A DNA stretch of 64,000 bases from Azolla caroliniana (lineage: Eukaryota > Plantae > Polypodiophyta): NCBI GenBank assembly GCA_043228905.1, contig JBHGNT010000009.1, positions 17,422,001 through 17,486,000 of the forward strand. The letters are read 5' to 3'. The position numbers were made by a program, and so were the translations under genes. Below are positions 63,720 through 64,000 of this stretch, piece after piece (position 1 is the first letter of the stretch; every line of letters starts with the position of its first letter). A model generated the notes under the pieces. That model worked only from the letters and a program-made list of their open reading frames with translations, was not told the DNA's origin and did no database searches.

Positions 63720-64000
63720 TTAAACAACCCAACCCTCTACTAAACATCCTCTGCCTATGAATGTTGCATTATACTTAGCTTTCATTGCTACGAGTACTCC
63801 CCCATGAATCTGTCTGTCCCCCGTAGCTGCTGACCATGTATTGGTCCAACTCCCAGGCCAGATGTTTCCAATTTTGTCGATCTTATCCCCATCTAGATGA
63901 TGCTCTTGCACCATGATAACATCAGGCACTATTGCCTCGGTGCATCGCTGAATTTCCGCAACTAATACATTCTTCCTCATGTGGAATTGGCTGCCACCAA
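63720..64000 (-). mobile_element. L1 LINE AP-endonuclease fragment
   Basis: DVIMVQEHHL...WSAATG...GGVLV, similar to 52266-52500. Confidence 0.75.

Overview
Eukaryotic, transposon-dense genomic DNA, most likely from a non-seed land plant (inferred from the Tcn1-like self-primed chromovirus and plant-type PP6/RPS8/rhomboid sequences). Positions 1-43.9 kb are a nest of decayed LTR retrotransposons that can be resolved by their target-site duplications (TSDs): three Ty1/Copia elements, an Athila-like Ty3/Gypsy (130-10033, minus) with a large extra 3' ORF, a self-priming chromovirus (20673-26108, minus), a tRNA-Trp-primed Gypsy group (solo LTRs, a truncated copy and a non-autonomous copy) and hAT-type MITEs. 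The only intact host gene is a 10-coding-exon PP6/FYPP Ser/Thr phosphatase (44611-48214, 303 aa). Downstream are a near full-length L1 LINE nested in an older LINE, and a mosaic of minus-strand host-gene fragments (SAM synthetase, RPS8, rhomboid) mostly separated by (GA)n tracts. The most unusual observations are: (1) the Athila-like element has no polypurine tract; instead it carries a sense copy of a tRNA-Arg 3' end (T-arm to CCA) directly before the 3' LTR, suggesting tRNA-like plus-strand priming; (2) the Trp-primed Gypsy group makes 4-bp CG-centred TSDs; (3) several LTR families carry tRNA-like A-box/B-box cassettes. All calls were made by eye without database searches, so family assignments are approximate.
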